Of a stretch of DNA of 64,000 nt, positions 18,887-29,222 are shown one piece after another. The stretch spans positions 1,056,625 to 1,120,624 of the forward strand of contig CP070686.1 of assembly GCA_020353055.1 (NCBI GenBank). The letters run 5' to 3'. The notes under the pieces are model-generated. The model saw nothing but the letters and a program-made list of their open reading frames with translations. It was not told where the DNA came from and did not search any database. Numbering within the stretch: the first letter of the stretch is position 1; each line of letters opens with the position of its first letter. Both the position numbers and the translations under genes were made by a program. Origin of the DNA: a candidate division WOR-3 bacterium. Lineage in GTDB: Bacteria > Hydrothermota > Tepidihabitantia > SM23-42.

Positions 18887-21800
18887 ATGCCAAAAGGAGC
18901 ACTCGTCATTGGTGGAGGTGTGGCTGGGGTTCAGTCCGCATTAGATTTGGCGAACGCTGGTTTCAAGGTTTTCCTTGTCGAGCGTGGCCCATGTTTGGGC
19001 GGTCGAACATCCCAGATTCACAAAATCTTCACCTCGATGGACTGTACGGGCTGAATCCTCGGCCCTAAACTAATGGATGTCGGTCGACATCCGAATATTG
19101 AGATTTTTGCCAACAGCGAAGTTGTTGGCGTCGAGGGTGAAGCACCGGATTTCAAAGTGAAGGTCAGGCGCAAATCCACATTTGTCGATTGGGACAAATG
19201 TACTGGCTGCGGGGAGTGTCCGACTGTCTGTCCGGTCCACATCAAAGATGAGTTTCAATTAGACCTTTCAAAACGAGAGGCAATTTATCGTCGGTATCCC
19301 CAAGCAGTGCCTAATAAATTTCTCATCGACAAAAGGGGCTCGCCGCCGTGTCGATACTCCTGTCCTGCAGGAGTCAATGCTCAGGGATATATCGCGCTCA
19401 TTTCACAGGGCAAATATAAAGAAGCTTTGGAACTTGAACGGAGAGACAACCCGTTCCCGGCGGTCTGCGGACGTGTCTGCACTCACCCTTGTGAATCAGA
19501 CTGCAAGCGAAAAGACGTGGACGAACCGCTGGCCATTGCCCAGCTCAAACGTTTCATTTCGGACAGTGAGCAGGAACTCTCAGCACCGAGCCCTGAATTG
19601 AACAAGGAGAAGGTTGCCGTCGTGGGCGCCGGCCCTGCAGGCCTTTCTGCCGCATATTTCCTTGCCAAGAGAGGATACTGCCCGACCGTCTTTGAAGCCA
19701 CTGACCATCCAGGCGGGCTGCTGTACTGGGCAATACCGAGATTCAGATTGCCGGAGATCGCGCTGCAGCGCGATCTGGATTACATAAAGAGTTGGGGTGT
19801 TGAGATCAAGACGGGTACTGCATTAGGCAAAGATCTTAGTATCAAAGACCTTCAACAGGATTACAAGGCGATCTTCCTCGGACTTGGCGCGGCCAAAGAA
19901 AAAACAATGGGCATAGAAGGCGAAGATCTGCAGGGCGTCTCTCTGTGTGTTGAATTTCTAAATAAGGCGGTCCACGATCCTGAGACGCCGGTAGGCAAAA
20001 GGGTCGCCGTGGTCGGCGGCGGTAATTCTGCAATAGATGCGGTGCGTACCGTGTTGCGTCTTGGCGCCGAAGAAGCATTCGTCGTATATCGCCGCTCACG
20101 CCAGGAGATGCCCGCAAACGAAGAAGAGATCGTCGAGGCGGAGAAAGAGGGAATCAAGATCCATTACCTGACCAATCCAACAAAGATATTTGGAGAAGAT
20201 GGCAAAATCAAGGGCATGGAATGCATCAAGATGAAACTGGGCGAACCTGATTCTTCAGGCCGAAGGAAACCAATACCCATCGAAGGTTCTGAATTCACCA
20301 TTAATCTGGATATGGTGATAATGGCGATCGGTCAGGCAGCCGATGTTTCATTCCTCACCAAAGAAGAAAAATTCGAGTTAACGCGCTGGGGAACCTTTGC
20401 CGTGGATCCAGACACCCTGCAAACGAACATCCCTGGTATCTTTGCCGGTGGTGATGCGGTGACCGGACCAGCCACAGTTATCGAGGCGATTGCTGCGGGG
20501 AAAGAAGCCGCAGAATCGATCGACCGCTTCATCAGAGGTGTCGATCTGAAAGCAGACAGAAAAAAGAAAGAAGATCGCGTCAAAGATGAAGATATCGAAA
20601 TCCCGGAAGAATTACAAACTGAGAAGAGAACGACGATGCCATTGCTGGATCTGGAAAAAGCGAAGAAGAGTTTCGAAGAAGTCGCCCAAGGATTCTCCGA
20701 AGAACAGGCTAAAAAAGAATCAGATCGATGCCTGAGCTGTGCAGGCTGCTCAGAATGTCTCGAATGCGTGAAGGTATGCGAACCAAATGCCATCGTGCAC
20801 GACATGGTGGACGAATTTGTGGACCTGGACGTGGGCTCGATCATCGTGACCACCGGTGTCGACTATCTCGATCCTAAAGAGGCAAGTGAATACGGATACA
20901 AACGCTTCAAGAATATCTATACATCTTTTGAAATTGAACGGATCATGAGCGAAGACGGCCCGAGTGCCGGCGAACTTCCCCTTGGCAAACAATTAAAGGA
21001 GCCGTTACGTTTCGCATTCATCCAATGCGTTGGATCGCGTAATATGCGCCATGACATCAACTATTGCAGCCGCATTTGTTGTATGAACACGATAAAAGAC
21101 AGTCTGGTCCTTAAAGAACACTACCCTGACGCAAATATTGTCGTATTCTATATTGACATTAGAGCCTTTGGAAAGGGATTTGAAGAATTTTATAATCGGT
21201 CCCTCGAAAAGGGTGTGAAATATATCAAGGGTAAACCATCAAAGGTGATTGAGGATGGCTCGGGAAATTTGGTTATTCATTATGAAAACGAACAGGGACA
21301 CTCAGGCCAAATGATATTCGATGCCGTATGTCTCTCTTCAGCGCTGATTCCGTCAAGGGGCTGCAGAGAATTGGCCGGCGTGCTCGGCGTCGATATCGAC
21401 GATGATGGTTTTTACAAAAACATGGAACCGGCAACCGCACCGCTTGAGTCAACGAAAAAAGGCGTTCTGGTATGCGGTTGCGCAACAGGTCCTAAGGACA
21501 TTACCGATTCGATCGCCGAGGCGAGCGGTGCCGCGGTTAAGGCAGCATGTTTCTTGGAGGGCCATGAACTGCCGGTCGAGAAAAAGGAAATCGAACAAGT
21601 CGATGTGTCCGGTCCACCGAGAGTCGGTGTCTTTGTCTGCCATTGCGGCCCGAATATTTCAAAGGTTGTCGATGTCAAAGGCGTAGTTGAATACGCGAAG
21701 ACTTTACCGGATGTGGTATTCGCCGAGGATTATACGTTCGCCTGTTCTGAAACAGCCCAACACCAGATTCAAGAGAGGATAGCCGAACACAAACTGAACA

Positions 21801-23284
21801 GGGTTGTTGTCGCCGCCTGTACACCCAAGACGCATGAAATGAGCTTTCAAGATTCATTAACTGCCGTCGGTCTCAATCCGTACCTCTTCGATATCGCGAA
21901 CATCAGGAATCAATGCTCCTGGGTACATCAGAAAGAACCAGAAAAGGCAACCGAGAAAGCAAAAGAATTAGTCAGGATGTCGGTGGCGCGTGTTCGAAAA
22001 CTAGGTCCGCTCTTCATGAAAGAACTGTCGGTTAACCGCGATGTCGCTGTCATCGGCGCTGGTATCACCGGCCTGCGATGCGGTATTGATTTGCTCCAGC
22101 GGGGCTTTAAGGTCAAAATAATTGAGAAAAAAGAATTATCAGGCGGTCTGGTACGGCATCTCTCCAGCATCTATCCCAGCTTCCGGAAAGGAAGGAATAT
22201 TGTCGAGAAACTTCTCGATGAATTCACCAGTGCGGGCGGCGAACTTCTGACTTCAACAGAACTTGTGGATGTCACCGGTTATGTAGGTAACTTCCAGGTT
22301 AAGGTGAAGAGTGCAAAAGGAGAGACCGAATTCACGGTGGGCGCTATCGTTCTCGCCACGGGGTCAGAACTCTATGATCCAGGCGAGCGCTTTGGCTACG
22401 GTAAATATCCCAATGTCATCACCAACATGGAATTAGAACAAAAACTAATATCGGGTGAAATCGACGATATAAAATCCGTTGCCTTTTTCCAGTGCGTCGG
22501 CTCGAGGGGTGACGACGGTAATCCCGGATGTTCTCGCTATTGCTGTCAGGCAGCAATAAAAGAAGCCATTCATTTAAGAGAAAAAGGGATCGATGTTGCT
22601 ATTCTCAACCGCGGTGTCAGGGTTTATTCAAAAGGCGCCGAGCGGATGTACCGCAAGGCAAGGGAACTCGGCGTCCTATTCTTACCGTACGATGGAGAAC
22701 CAGAGATCACCGGAGCCGATAAGGCGGAAGCGGTCACGATCCCGTCACCAGATATCGATGCCGACATTACCATCCCGGTTAACCTCGTTGTGCTTTCGGT
22801 AGGCATGGTCCCGGCTGCCGATTCAGGACATCTTTCAGAGTTATTTAAGGTCCCGCGTGGGCCTGATAAGTTCTTCCTGGAACGTCACTCGAAATTCGGT
22901 CCGGTAGAAACAACGGTTGAGGGCGTGTTCTTATGCGGTTGTTGTCAGTTCCCGCAGGATATCGGAGATTCGATATCCCAGGCTTCGGCTGTGGCATCGA
23001 AGGTTGCCGCGCTGCTTAGCCGTGACAAGATCACGCTGGCACCCATAACATCTACGGTCATCGAAGAATACTGCCGTGGCTGTGGCAGGTGCGCTGAAGT
23101 ATGCGAATTCCGCGCGATAGAATTGGTTGAGAAGGAAAACGGCGTTTTCGTTGCGCAAGTTAACGAAGCGCTGTGCAAAGGTTGCGGGACGTGCGTCGCG
23201 GCATGCCCAACCGGTGCCATCGACCTCAAACATTTCAGAAGTGAACAGATCGAGGCCCAATTGGAGGCGCTGTTTGAAGGATAA
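18887..23284 (+). CDS. HdrL-like giant heterodisulfide-reductase-A fusion (HdrA half with a GltD/NfnB-like NAD(P)H domain insert, plus a second complete HdrA). It contains an in-frame UGA at 19052-19054 read as selenocysteine. The ORF track splits it into 18887-19054 and 19073-23284.
   Basis: ATG 18887 is 3 nt after the korC stop. N-term [21 protein letters not shown]...[23 protein letters not shown] is colinear with HdrA FPTEDCAACILSPKM (the TGA sits at the second Cys). Both pieces are in the same frame. GltD-like CxxC clusters and [32 protein letters not shown](P)H folds; second [11 protein letters not shown] HdrA module. Confidence 0.75.
19075..19092 (+). promoter_or_regulatory. Putative bacterial SECIS hairpin (GGATGTCGGTCGACATCC) 21 nt downstream of the UGA
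   Basis: Perfect inverted repeat. Identical sequence at the same distance from the second UGA (27093-27110). Absent from the Cys-form hdrA. Confidence 0.5.
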
Positions 23285-23346
23285 ACGCATGGTCAACCAG
23301 ACGGATAATTTGATGATGCGTTCATCCATCACCGAACGGAGATTCA

Positions 23347-23853
23347 ATGAAACAATCGGTTAAGAAAATAAAAGAACGATCCGATCACTCAACGGTTCAA
23401 CGATCCAAGGAAACCTTCGAGCCTAAGATCGTTGCCTTCTGCTGCAACTGGTGCTCATACCCGGCAGCAGACGGTGCGGGCGTCTCCAGGCTGCAATACC
23501 CCACGAATATCAAGATCGTCAGGGTAATGTGCGGCGGCCGCGTGACGCCATCCTTCGTCCTGAAGGCTTTCGAGTTGGGTGCAGACGGCGTTCTGGTTGC
23601 CACCTGCCATTTCGAGGACTGCCACTACATGTTTGGAGCGCGGAAGGCTGCGGATGTGCACAAGGTAACTGAGAAACTCACCGAGATGCTCGGCATCGAG
23701 AAAGAACGTCTCAAACTCGACTGGATCTCATCGGCCGAAGCGTCGAAATTTGCCAGGGTTGCCCGGGAATTCACCGAAACGATTAGAAAACTCGGACCGT
23801 CTACTATAAAGAAGAAGTTGGACGCCCTCAACGAAAGCATTGAAGATGAATAG
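23347..23853 (+). CDS. mvhD: MvhD homolog, second copy
   Basis: FCCNWCSYPAADGAG ... TCHFEDCHY. Confidence 0.85.
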   Translation: MKQSVKKIKERSDHSTVQRSKETFEPKIVAFCCNWCSYPAADGAGVSRLQYPTNIKIVRVMCGGRVTPSFVLKAFELGADGVLVATCHFEDCHYMFGARKAADVHKVTEKLTEMLGIEKERLKLDWISSAEASKFARVAREFTETIRKLGPSTIKKKLDALNESIEDE

Positions 23854-24994
23854 CAAGATCGCCAAAGCCATCAAGGATTCGAAGGCATATTTATGCATGG
23901 AATGCGGTAAGTGCACTGGAACCTGTCCGGTCTCACGATATAACCATGGATATTCTCCACGCATCCTCGTGAACAAAGCGATAAGGAGTGGCGATCTTAA
24001 TTTATTGAAGGACAAAAATATCTGGGCGTGCCTGACCTGTAAATTGTGTGATGAACGTTGCCCTGCTGGCATCGAATACATCGATCTTACACTCACGACG
24101 CGTCTCGAAGCAAAGAAAATAGGAGAGCAAGCGCTCTGCTCTCATGGTGGCGCGGCGCAATCGCTGATGCGCATCATGACAACACCAGAGCTCGAGCAAA
24201 AACGACTCGATTGGATCGACCAAACTCTGAAAACAACACAAAATGGTGAAGTGCTATATTTTGTTGGCTGTCTCCCCTACTTCGACGTTCTGTTCAGCGA
24301 TATAAACGTCAACACCCTGCAAGCGGCAAAGGCGAGTATAAAGATTCTCAATCGGTTAGGTGTCACTCCGGTCGTACTGCCCCAGGAAAGATGTTGTGGG
24401 CATGATCTTCTCTGGAGCGGCGACATGGAGAACTTCGAGAAACTGGCACGGCACAATATCAGAGAAATAAAAAAATCCGGCGCCAAGAAGATCGTTTTTT
24501 CGTGTCCTGAAGGTTACCGGACATTCAAAATCGATTATCCAAAGTATTTCAATACTGATTTTGAGGTCGAACATATCACTGAAGTAATAAGTCGGGCCAT
24601 TTCCAACGGCGAGCTCAAATTAAAGAATCTGAAAAAGGTCGTTACGTTTCAGGATCCTTGCCGGCTCGGCAGGCACCTTGGAATCTACGATGAACCAAGG
24701 AAGGCCATTACCGCAATACCCGAAATACAATTGAACGAGATGGCGAGGAGCCGACAGCGTGCGATATGCTGCGGCGTTAGCGCATGGATGAACTGCTCGA
24801 CCTATTCAAAGAGCATTCAGCGAGCACGGCTTACAGAAGCAAAGGACACAAAGGCTGATCTGCTGGTTCTTTCCTGTCCTAAATGTGAAATTCATTTCCA
24901 GTGTGCTATGCATGACGAAAAAGCAGGCGAGCAAGCGAAAATTGAAACGGTCCAATTGGTCACTATGATTGCAGATGCACTGGAGGGTGAGTAA
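23840..24994 (+). CDS. HdrD-like fused HdrC/HdrB protein (N-terminal 2x[4Fe-4S], C-terminal CCG domains)
   Basis: CMECGKCTGTCP and CLTCKLCDERCP, then CCG motifs (ERCCGHD, AICCGVS). Confidence 0.75.
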   Translation: MKMNSKIAKAIKDSKAYLCMECGKCTGTCPVSRYNHGYSPRILVNKAIRSGDLNLLKDKNIWACLTCKLCDERCPAGIEYIDLTLTTRLEAKKIGEQALCSHGGAAQSLMRIMTTPELEQKRLDWIDQTLKTTQNGEVLYFVGCLPYFDVLFSDINVNTLQAAKASIKILNRLGVTPVVLPQERCCGHDLLWSGDMENFEKLARHNIREIKKSGAKKIVFSCPEGYRTFKIDYPKYFNTDFEVEHITEVISRAISNGELKLKNLKKVVTFQDPCRLGRHLGIYDEPRKAITAIPEIQLNEMARSRQRAICCGVSAWMNCSTYSKSIQRARLTEAKDTKADLLVLSCPKCEIHFQCAMHDEKAGEQAKIETVQLVTMIADALEGE

Positions 24995-25494
24995 TGGCTA
25001 AAGAAAAAATACAAGTTGATTTTCGGTTTCGCGATAAACTCAACAAAGTGCAGGGAGGCAAGCACCATAATTACTGCTACCAGTGCAGCGCGTGTGTTGC
25101 CGTCTGCCCCGCGGCACGATTCACCGAAGAATTCAATCCCCGCGTGATCTTACTGAAGGCACTGCTTGGTATGGAGGAAGCACTCACTGGAGAAGATTCA
25201 CCTATCTGGCTTTGCACAAACTGCTATTCATGTTACGAACGCTGTCCACAAGATGTGCGTCCCATCGAGGTAATTATCGCCTTGAAAAACATGGCCGTGC
25301 AGCGACAGAAAGCACCGGCAAGCCTCGCCAAACTCTCAGACAATATCGCCAAAACCGGAGTCAGCGTCACCGTGACTTCGGCAGTTAACAGACGAAGACA
25401 GGAGTTGGGTCTCCCTCCGATTAAGACAATACCGATCGAAGAGTTGAAAGAGATCCTGGAAGACCCGCAAGGAGCGGCAAAGGACAGTGAATAG
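24994..25494 (+). CDS. hdrC: HdrC-like iron-sulfur subunit, second copy
   Basis: CYQCSACVAVCP and CTNCYSCYERCP. TAATG coupling to the upstream gene. Confidence 0.75.
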   Translation: MAKEKIQVDFRFRDKLNKVQGGKHHNYCYQCSACVAVCPAARFTEEFNPRVILLKALLGMEEALTGEDSPIWLCTNCYSCYERCPQDVRPIEVIIALKNMAVQRQKAPASLAKLSDNIAKTGVSVTVTSAVNRRRQELGLPPIKTIPIEELKEILEDPQGAAKDSE

Positions 25495-25497
25495 ATT

Positions 25498-26382
25498 ATG
25501 AAAGTGATTCCTTTTTGGGGATGTATGATGCCCCTCAAATATCCACAGATGGAACTGGCGATCAGAAAGACTCTTCCTAATCTCGGTATCGAACTCGTGG
25601 ATATCGACGGTTTCACGTGCTGCCCCGATCCCATCTATTTCAAAGCCCGGGACAAGATCAAGTGGCTCACCATTGCCGCACGCAACCTGGCAATTGTCGA
25701 GGAAAAGGGTCTTGATGTCATCACCATGTGCTCGGGGTGTATTTCGACTTTAAAAGAAGCAAAATACACGCTCGACGAAGACCCCCAGGCGAAAGAAGAA
25801 GTAAACCGGCGGTTGAGAAAAGTGAATAGGGAATACAAGGGTACCGCAAAGATAAATCACGCGGTCGTTCTGATCAGAGACAGCCTCGGACTGGATGTCG
25901 TGAAGAAATCAATAAAACGGCCGCTCGAGGGCGTGACAGTTGCGATCCACTATGGTTGTCACATACTGAAACCGAGCCAGATCATGCACGTCGATGACGC
26001 CGATTATCCAAGCATCCTAGATGACTTCGTCTCCGCGATGGGCGCAACACCCCTTGACCATAAAGAAAAACTCCTGTGCTGTGGTAAGGGATGTATGGAC
26101 GAGGACCTCCCCCTCGAAATGACCGAGACTATTTTTGCGTCTATAGAAGAGAGTGGCGCCGATTGCATGGGGCTGGTGTGCCCGACGTGTTTCTCTTCAT
26201 TTGATTTAGGACAAATAATGATTTCCCGCAAAAAGGGGAAAACCTACAATATTCCCGTCATCTACCTGTTTCAACTCCTCGGCCTCGCACAGGGGCTGGA
26301 GCCTGAACAAGTAGGTCTCCACACTCATCGGGTAAAGGCAGATCGAGTGTTGGAAAAAATAAAAGGAAGTGCAAAAGTATGA
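25498..26382 (+). CDS. hdrB: HdrB-like CCG-domain subunit, second copy
   Basis: CCPDP and CCGKGC CCG-domain motifs. Confidence 0.8.
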   Translation: MKVIPFWGCMMPLKYPQMELAIRKTLPNLGIELVDIDGFTCCPDPIYFKARDKIKWLTIAARNLAIVEEKGLDVITMCSGCISTLKEAKYTLDEDPQAKEEVNRRLRKVNREYKGTAKINHAVVLIRDSLGLDVVKKSIKRPLEGVTVAIHYGCHILKPSQIMHVDDADYPSILDDFVSAMGATPLDHKEKLLCCGKGCMDEDLPLEMTETIFASIEESGADCMGLVCPTCFSSFDLGQIMISRKKGKTYNIPVIYLFQLLGLAQGLEPEQVGLHTHRVKADRVLEKIKGSAKV

Positions 26383-26475
26383 AACACTGTTTTGAAAATT
26401 CGAATTTTGGATTTGGATATTGTTTAGTATTTCGATATTCGATATTAGAATTTGAACAAAAAGGGGGTGATCAAG

Positions 26476-28935
26476 ATGCCGCAGGATGATTTGAAAATCG
26501 GCGTTTTTATTTGCGAATGTGGTACAAACATCGCTGGCTCAGTTGATGTCGACAGTGTCGTTGCGAACGCCAAGAAGACAGGTAATGTCGTGTACAGCAC
26601 GAAGAGCCGCTACATGTGTTCGGAACCCGGTCAGGCAGAAATAAAGAAGGCAATAAAAGAGGAGAAACTCGACAGGGTAATCATCGCAGCGTGTTCACCG
26701 CGTATGCACGAACCAACCTTCAGGGAATGTGTCGCCTCGGTCGGCATGAATCCATATCTGGTTGATATGGCAAATATCCGGGAGCAATGCTCATGGGTTC
26801 ATATGGGTAACCGTGAAGCAGCAACAAAGAAAGCTAAAGATATCATGAAGGCATACGTTGCGCGAGCACGATACCTGCAACCGCAGGAGGAAAAGGAAAT
26901 CCCGGTCGAAAGAGCAACATTGATAATCGGCGGTGGGATTGCTGGGATGCAGTCGGCACTCGACCTGGCCGACGCAGGTTACCAGGTATACCTCGTCGAG
27001 AAAGAACCGTCACTGGGTGGTTTGATGTCCAAACTGGCTAAGACATATCCTACCATGGATTGCGCGATATGAATACTCGGCCCGAAGATGATGGATGTCG
27101 GTCGACATCCCAATATCAAGCTTCTGACCAACAGCAAAGTCGAGGCGATAAAAGGCTATGTCGGCAACTTCGACGTTAAGGTACTCAAGAAGACGCGCTA
27201 TGTAGACGAAACTCAGTGTACCGCATGTGGTGATTGCGCCGAAGTGTGCCCGGTTGTCGTTCCGGATGCTTACCAGCAGGGGCTATCATCAAGAAAAGCT
27301 ATTTATATTCCATTCCCCCAGGCCGTGCCATCGGCATCTCTGATCGATATGGAAAGTTGTCTGGGCACCAATCCAATTGCCTGCGGCAAGTGCGCCGACA
27401 AGTGTGACAAGAAATGTATTGACTACGATGCAAAAGACGAAACGATCGAATTCAAGGTCGGTACCGTTATCGTGGCAACGGGTATGGATGTATTTGACCC
27501 GGTGATTCTGGAAGAATACGGTTATACAAAACACGAAAATGTTGTTACGAGCATGGAGTTTGAAAGATTGCTGTCTGCTGGAGGACCCTCTGACGGACAC
27601 TTCATCCGTCCGACCGACCGGCAGAGGCCAAAGACCGTCGGTTTTGTCCAATGCGTTGGTTCGCGCTGCGAAAAGATCGGCAAACCCTACTGTAGCAATA
27701 TCTGCTGCATGAACACGATCAAGGACACGCTACTATTGAAAGACCACTATCCCGACATACAGGCAAAGGTTTTCTACATCGACATCAGGGCTTTTGGTAA
27801 GGGTTTCGAGGATCTGTTCAAACGAAGCAAAGAGGCGGGTGTACAATACATCAGAGGTATTCCCGGAGAGATCACCGAAGACCCCAAGTCCCGTAATCTG
27901 AAGGTTATGGTCGAAGATACTACTTCTAACAAAATAGAAGAACATGAATTTGACATGATGGTTCTCTCTGTCGGAGTGACACCAAGATTAGATATGCCCG
28001 AGGTTCAACAATTACTGACGCTGTCAAAAACGCCCGACGGTTTCTTTATGGAAGCACACCCGAAACTCAAACCAGTGGATGCACCGTCTACCGGCATTTA
28101 TTTTGCAGGCTGTGCCGAGGCGCCGAAGGATGTTAAGGATTCGGTGACCCAGGCGAGCGCAGCAGCGGCCAGAGCCGAAACACTACTATCAGCAGGAAAG
28201 GTCAAATTGGAAGCGATCACGTCCACGCTGGACACTGCTCTATGCCGGTATTGTGCAACGTGTTCCAGGGTATGTCCTTATGGAGCCTTCACCGTTGACC
28301 CGAAAAAGAAAACGATTTCCTACATCGATGCCCTTTGCAAAGGTTGCGGCACATGTGCCGCCGAGTGCCGGTTTGGCGCACTGACAATGAAACACTTCAC
28401 CGATGAACAGATTGTAACTCAAATCGACGCCCATCTCGCCGAAGATCCTGGGGAAAAAGTAATCGTCTTTGCCTGTAACTGGTGTTCTTATGCAGGTGCC
28501 GATACCTGCGGTGGCGCACGGCTTCAGTATCCACCTAACCAGCGTTTGATCAGAACAATGTGTAGTGGCAGGGTAGATGAAAAATTCGTGCTGCATGCGT
28601 TCAGGAAAGGTGCCCCAATGGTTGTCGTATCCGGATGCCATTACGTCGACTGCCACTATATCGATGCGAACCGCTGGACCCAGAAGAGAGTCGAAAAACT
28701 TTGGGATAAATTCGAAAAATGGGGAATTAGACCCGAGAGATTGCTGCTCGAATGGATAAGTGCTGCAGAGGGACAACGGTTTCAAAAAACCATGCAGGAT
28801 ATCGAAGAACTGAGAAAGAAAGTAACAAAAGAAGAGATCGAACAAACAGTAAAGATCCTGACCGAAGAAGAAGAAAAAGATAAGGCAAAAGCTAAGAAGA
28901 AACAAGCTGACAGTCCAACAAAAAAGAAATCGTGA
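26476..28935 (+). CDS. hdrA: HdrA-MvhD fusion protein with an in-frame UGA (27070-27072) read as selenocysteine. The ORF track splits it into 26452-27072 and 27088-28935.
   Basis: GGGGGTGA RBS then ATG 26476. [51 protein letters not shown] (UGA at the Cys position of CAACIL). C-terminal FACNWCSYAGAD...GCHYVDCHY MvhD domain and a Lys-rich tail. Confidence 0.8.
27093..27110 (+). promoter_or_regulatory. Putative SECIS hairpin (GGATGTCGGTCGACATCC) 20 nt downstream of the UGA
   Basis: Identical to the hairpin after the HdrL UGA. Confidence 0.5.
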
Positions 28936-28987
28936 GGATACGGCTGTCAGATCATAGCGTTGTAAGAGGCTAAGCCCGGAGGTTTTC

Positions 28988-29158
28988 GTGCCCGAAACTG
29001 AAGAAAAAGATTTCAAATGTCTGAGATGTAGCGCCGAATTCAAATTGCCGTACACAAAAGGCGTCATGCAAGAAAGAACATGCCCAAAGTGCGGTTCAAA
29101 CAGCGTCCGGCTCGACAGGAAGAAAGAAAAAGGCGCCCCGGCAGGAGAAAAAAAATAG
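28988..29158 (+). CDS. Small zinc-ribbon protein (56 aa; CxxC...CxxC). Below the ORF-track size cutoff.
   Basis: GTG start; KCLRCS ... CPKCGS; Lys-rich tail. Weak support. Confidence 0.3.
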   Translation: MPETEEKDFKCLRCSAEFKLPYTKGVMQERTCPKCGSNSVRLDRKKEKGAPAGEKK

Positions 29159-29222
29159 ATTGTGCCACGTTATGGCGGCGTAATTAGGACGCCGTTACAG
29201 GTGCTTCTCTTCAATAACAACG

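Noticed and set aside
19052-19054. Interpretation of the in-frame TGAs (here and at 27070-27072) as pseudogene-forming nonsense mutations or assembly errors
   Set aside because: The same codon position, the conserved Cys of the DCxxC motif, is affected in two independent paralogs. Long intact frames follow both. An identical downstream hairpin accompanies both. Selenocysteine recoding explains all three observations, but it still needs confirmation via sel genes elsewhere in the genome.
26383-26475. Possible CRISPR or mobile-element remnant in the AT-rich repeat-bearing spacer
   Set aside because: Repeat units are only 6-8 nt and irregular. There are no spacers, cas genes, inverted terminal repeats or transposase nearby. 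It is better explained as a regulatory spacer.
28240-29067. 275-aa minus-strand ORF overlapping the 3' end of the HdrA-MvhD fusion
   Set aside because: Antisense to the MvhD-domain coding region with conserved Cys motifs. Low-complexity translation (FFFFGQDLYCLFDLFFCYFL). No plausible start context.
29160-29222. Possible terminator hairpin (GGCGGCGT-AATTAGG-ACGCCG) after the zinc-ribbon ORF
   Set aside because: Short stem without a following T-tract; not convincing as an intrinsic terminator.
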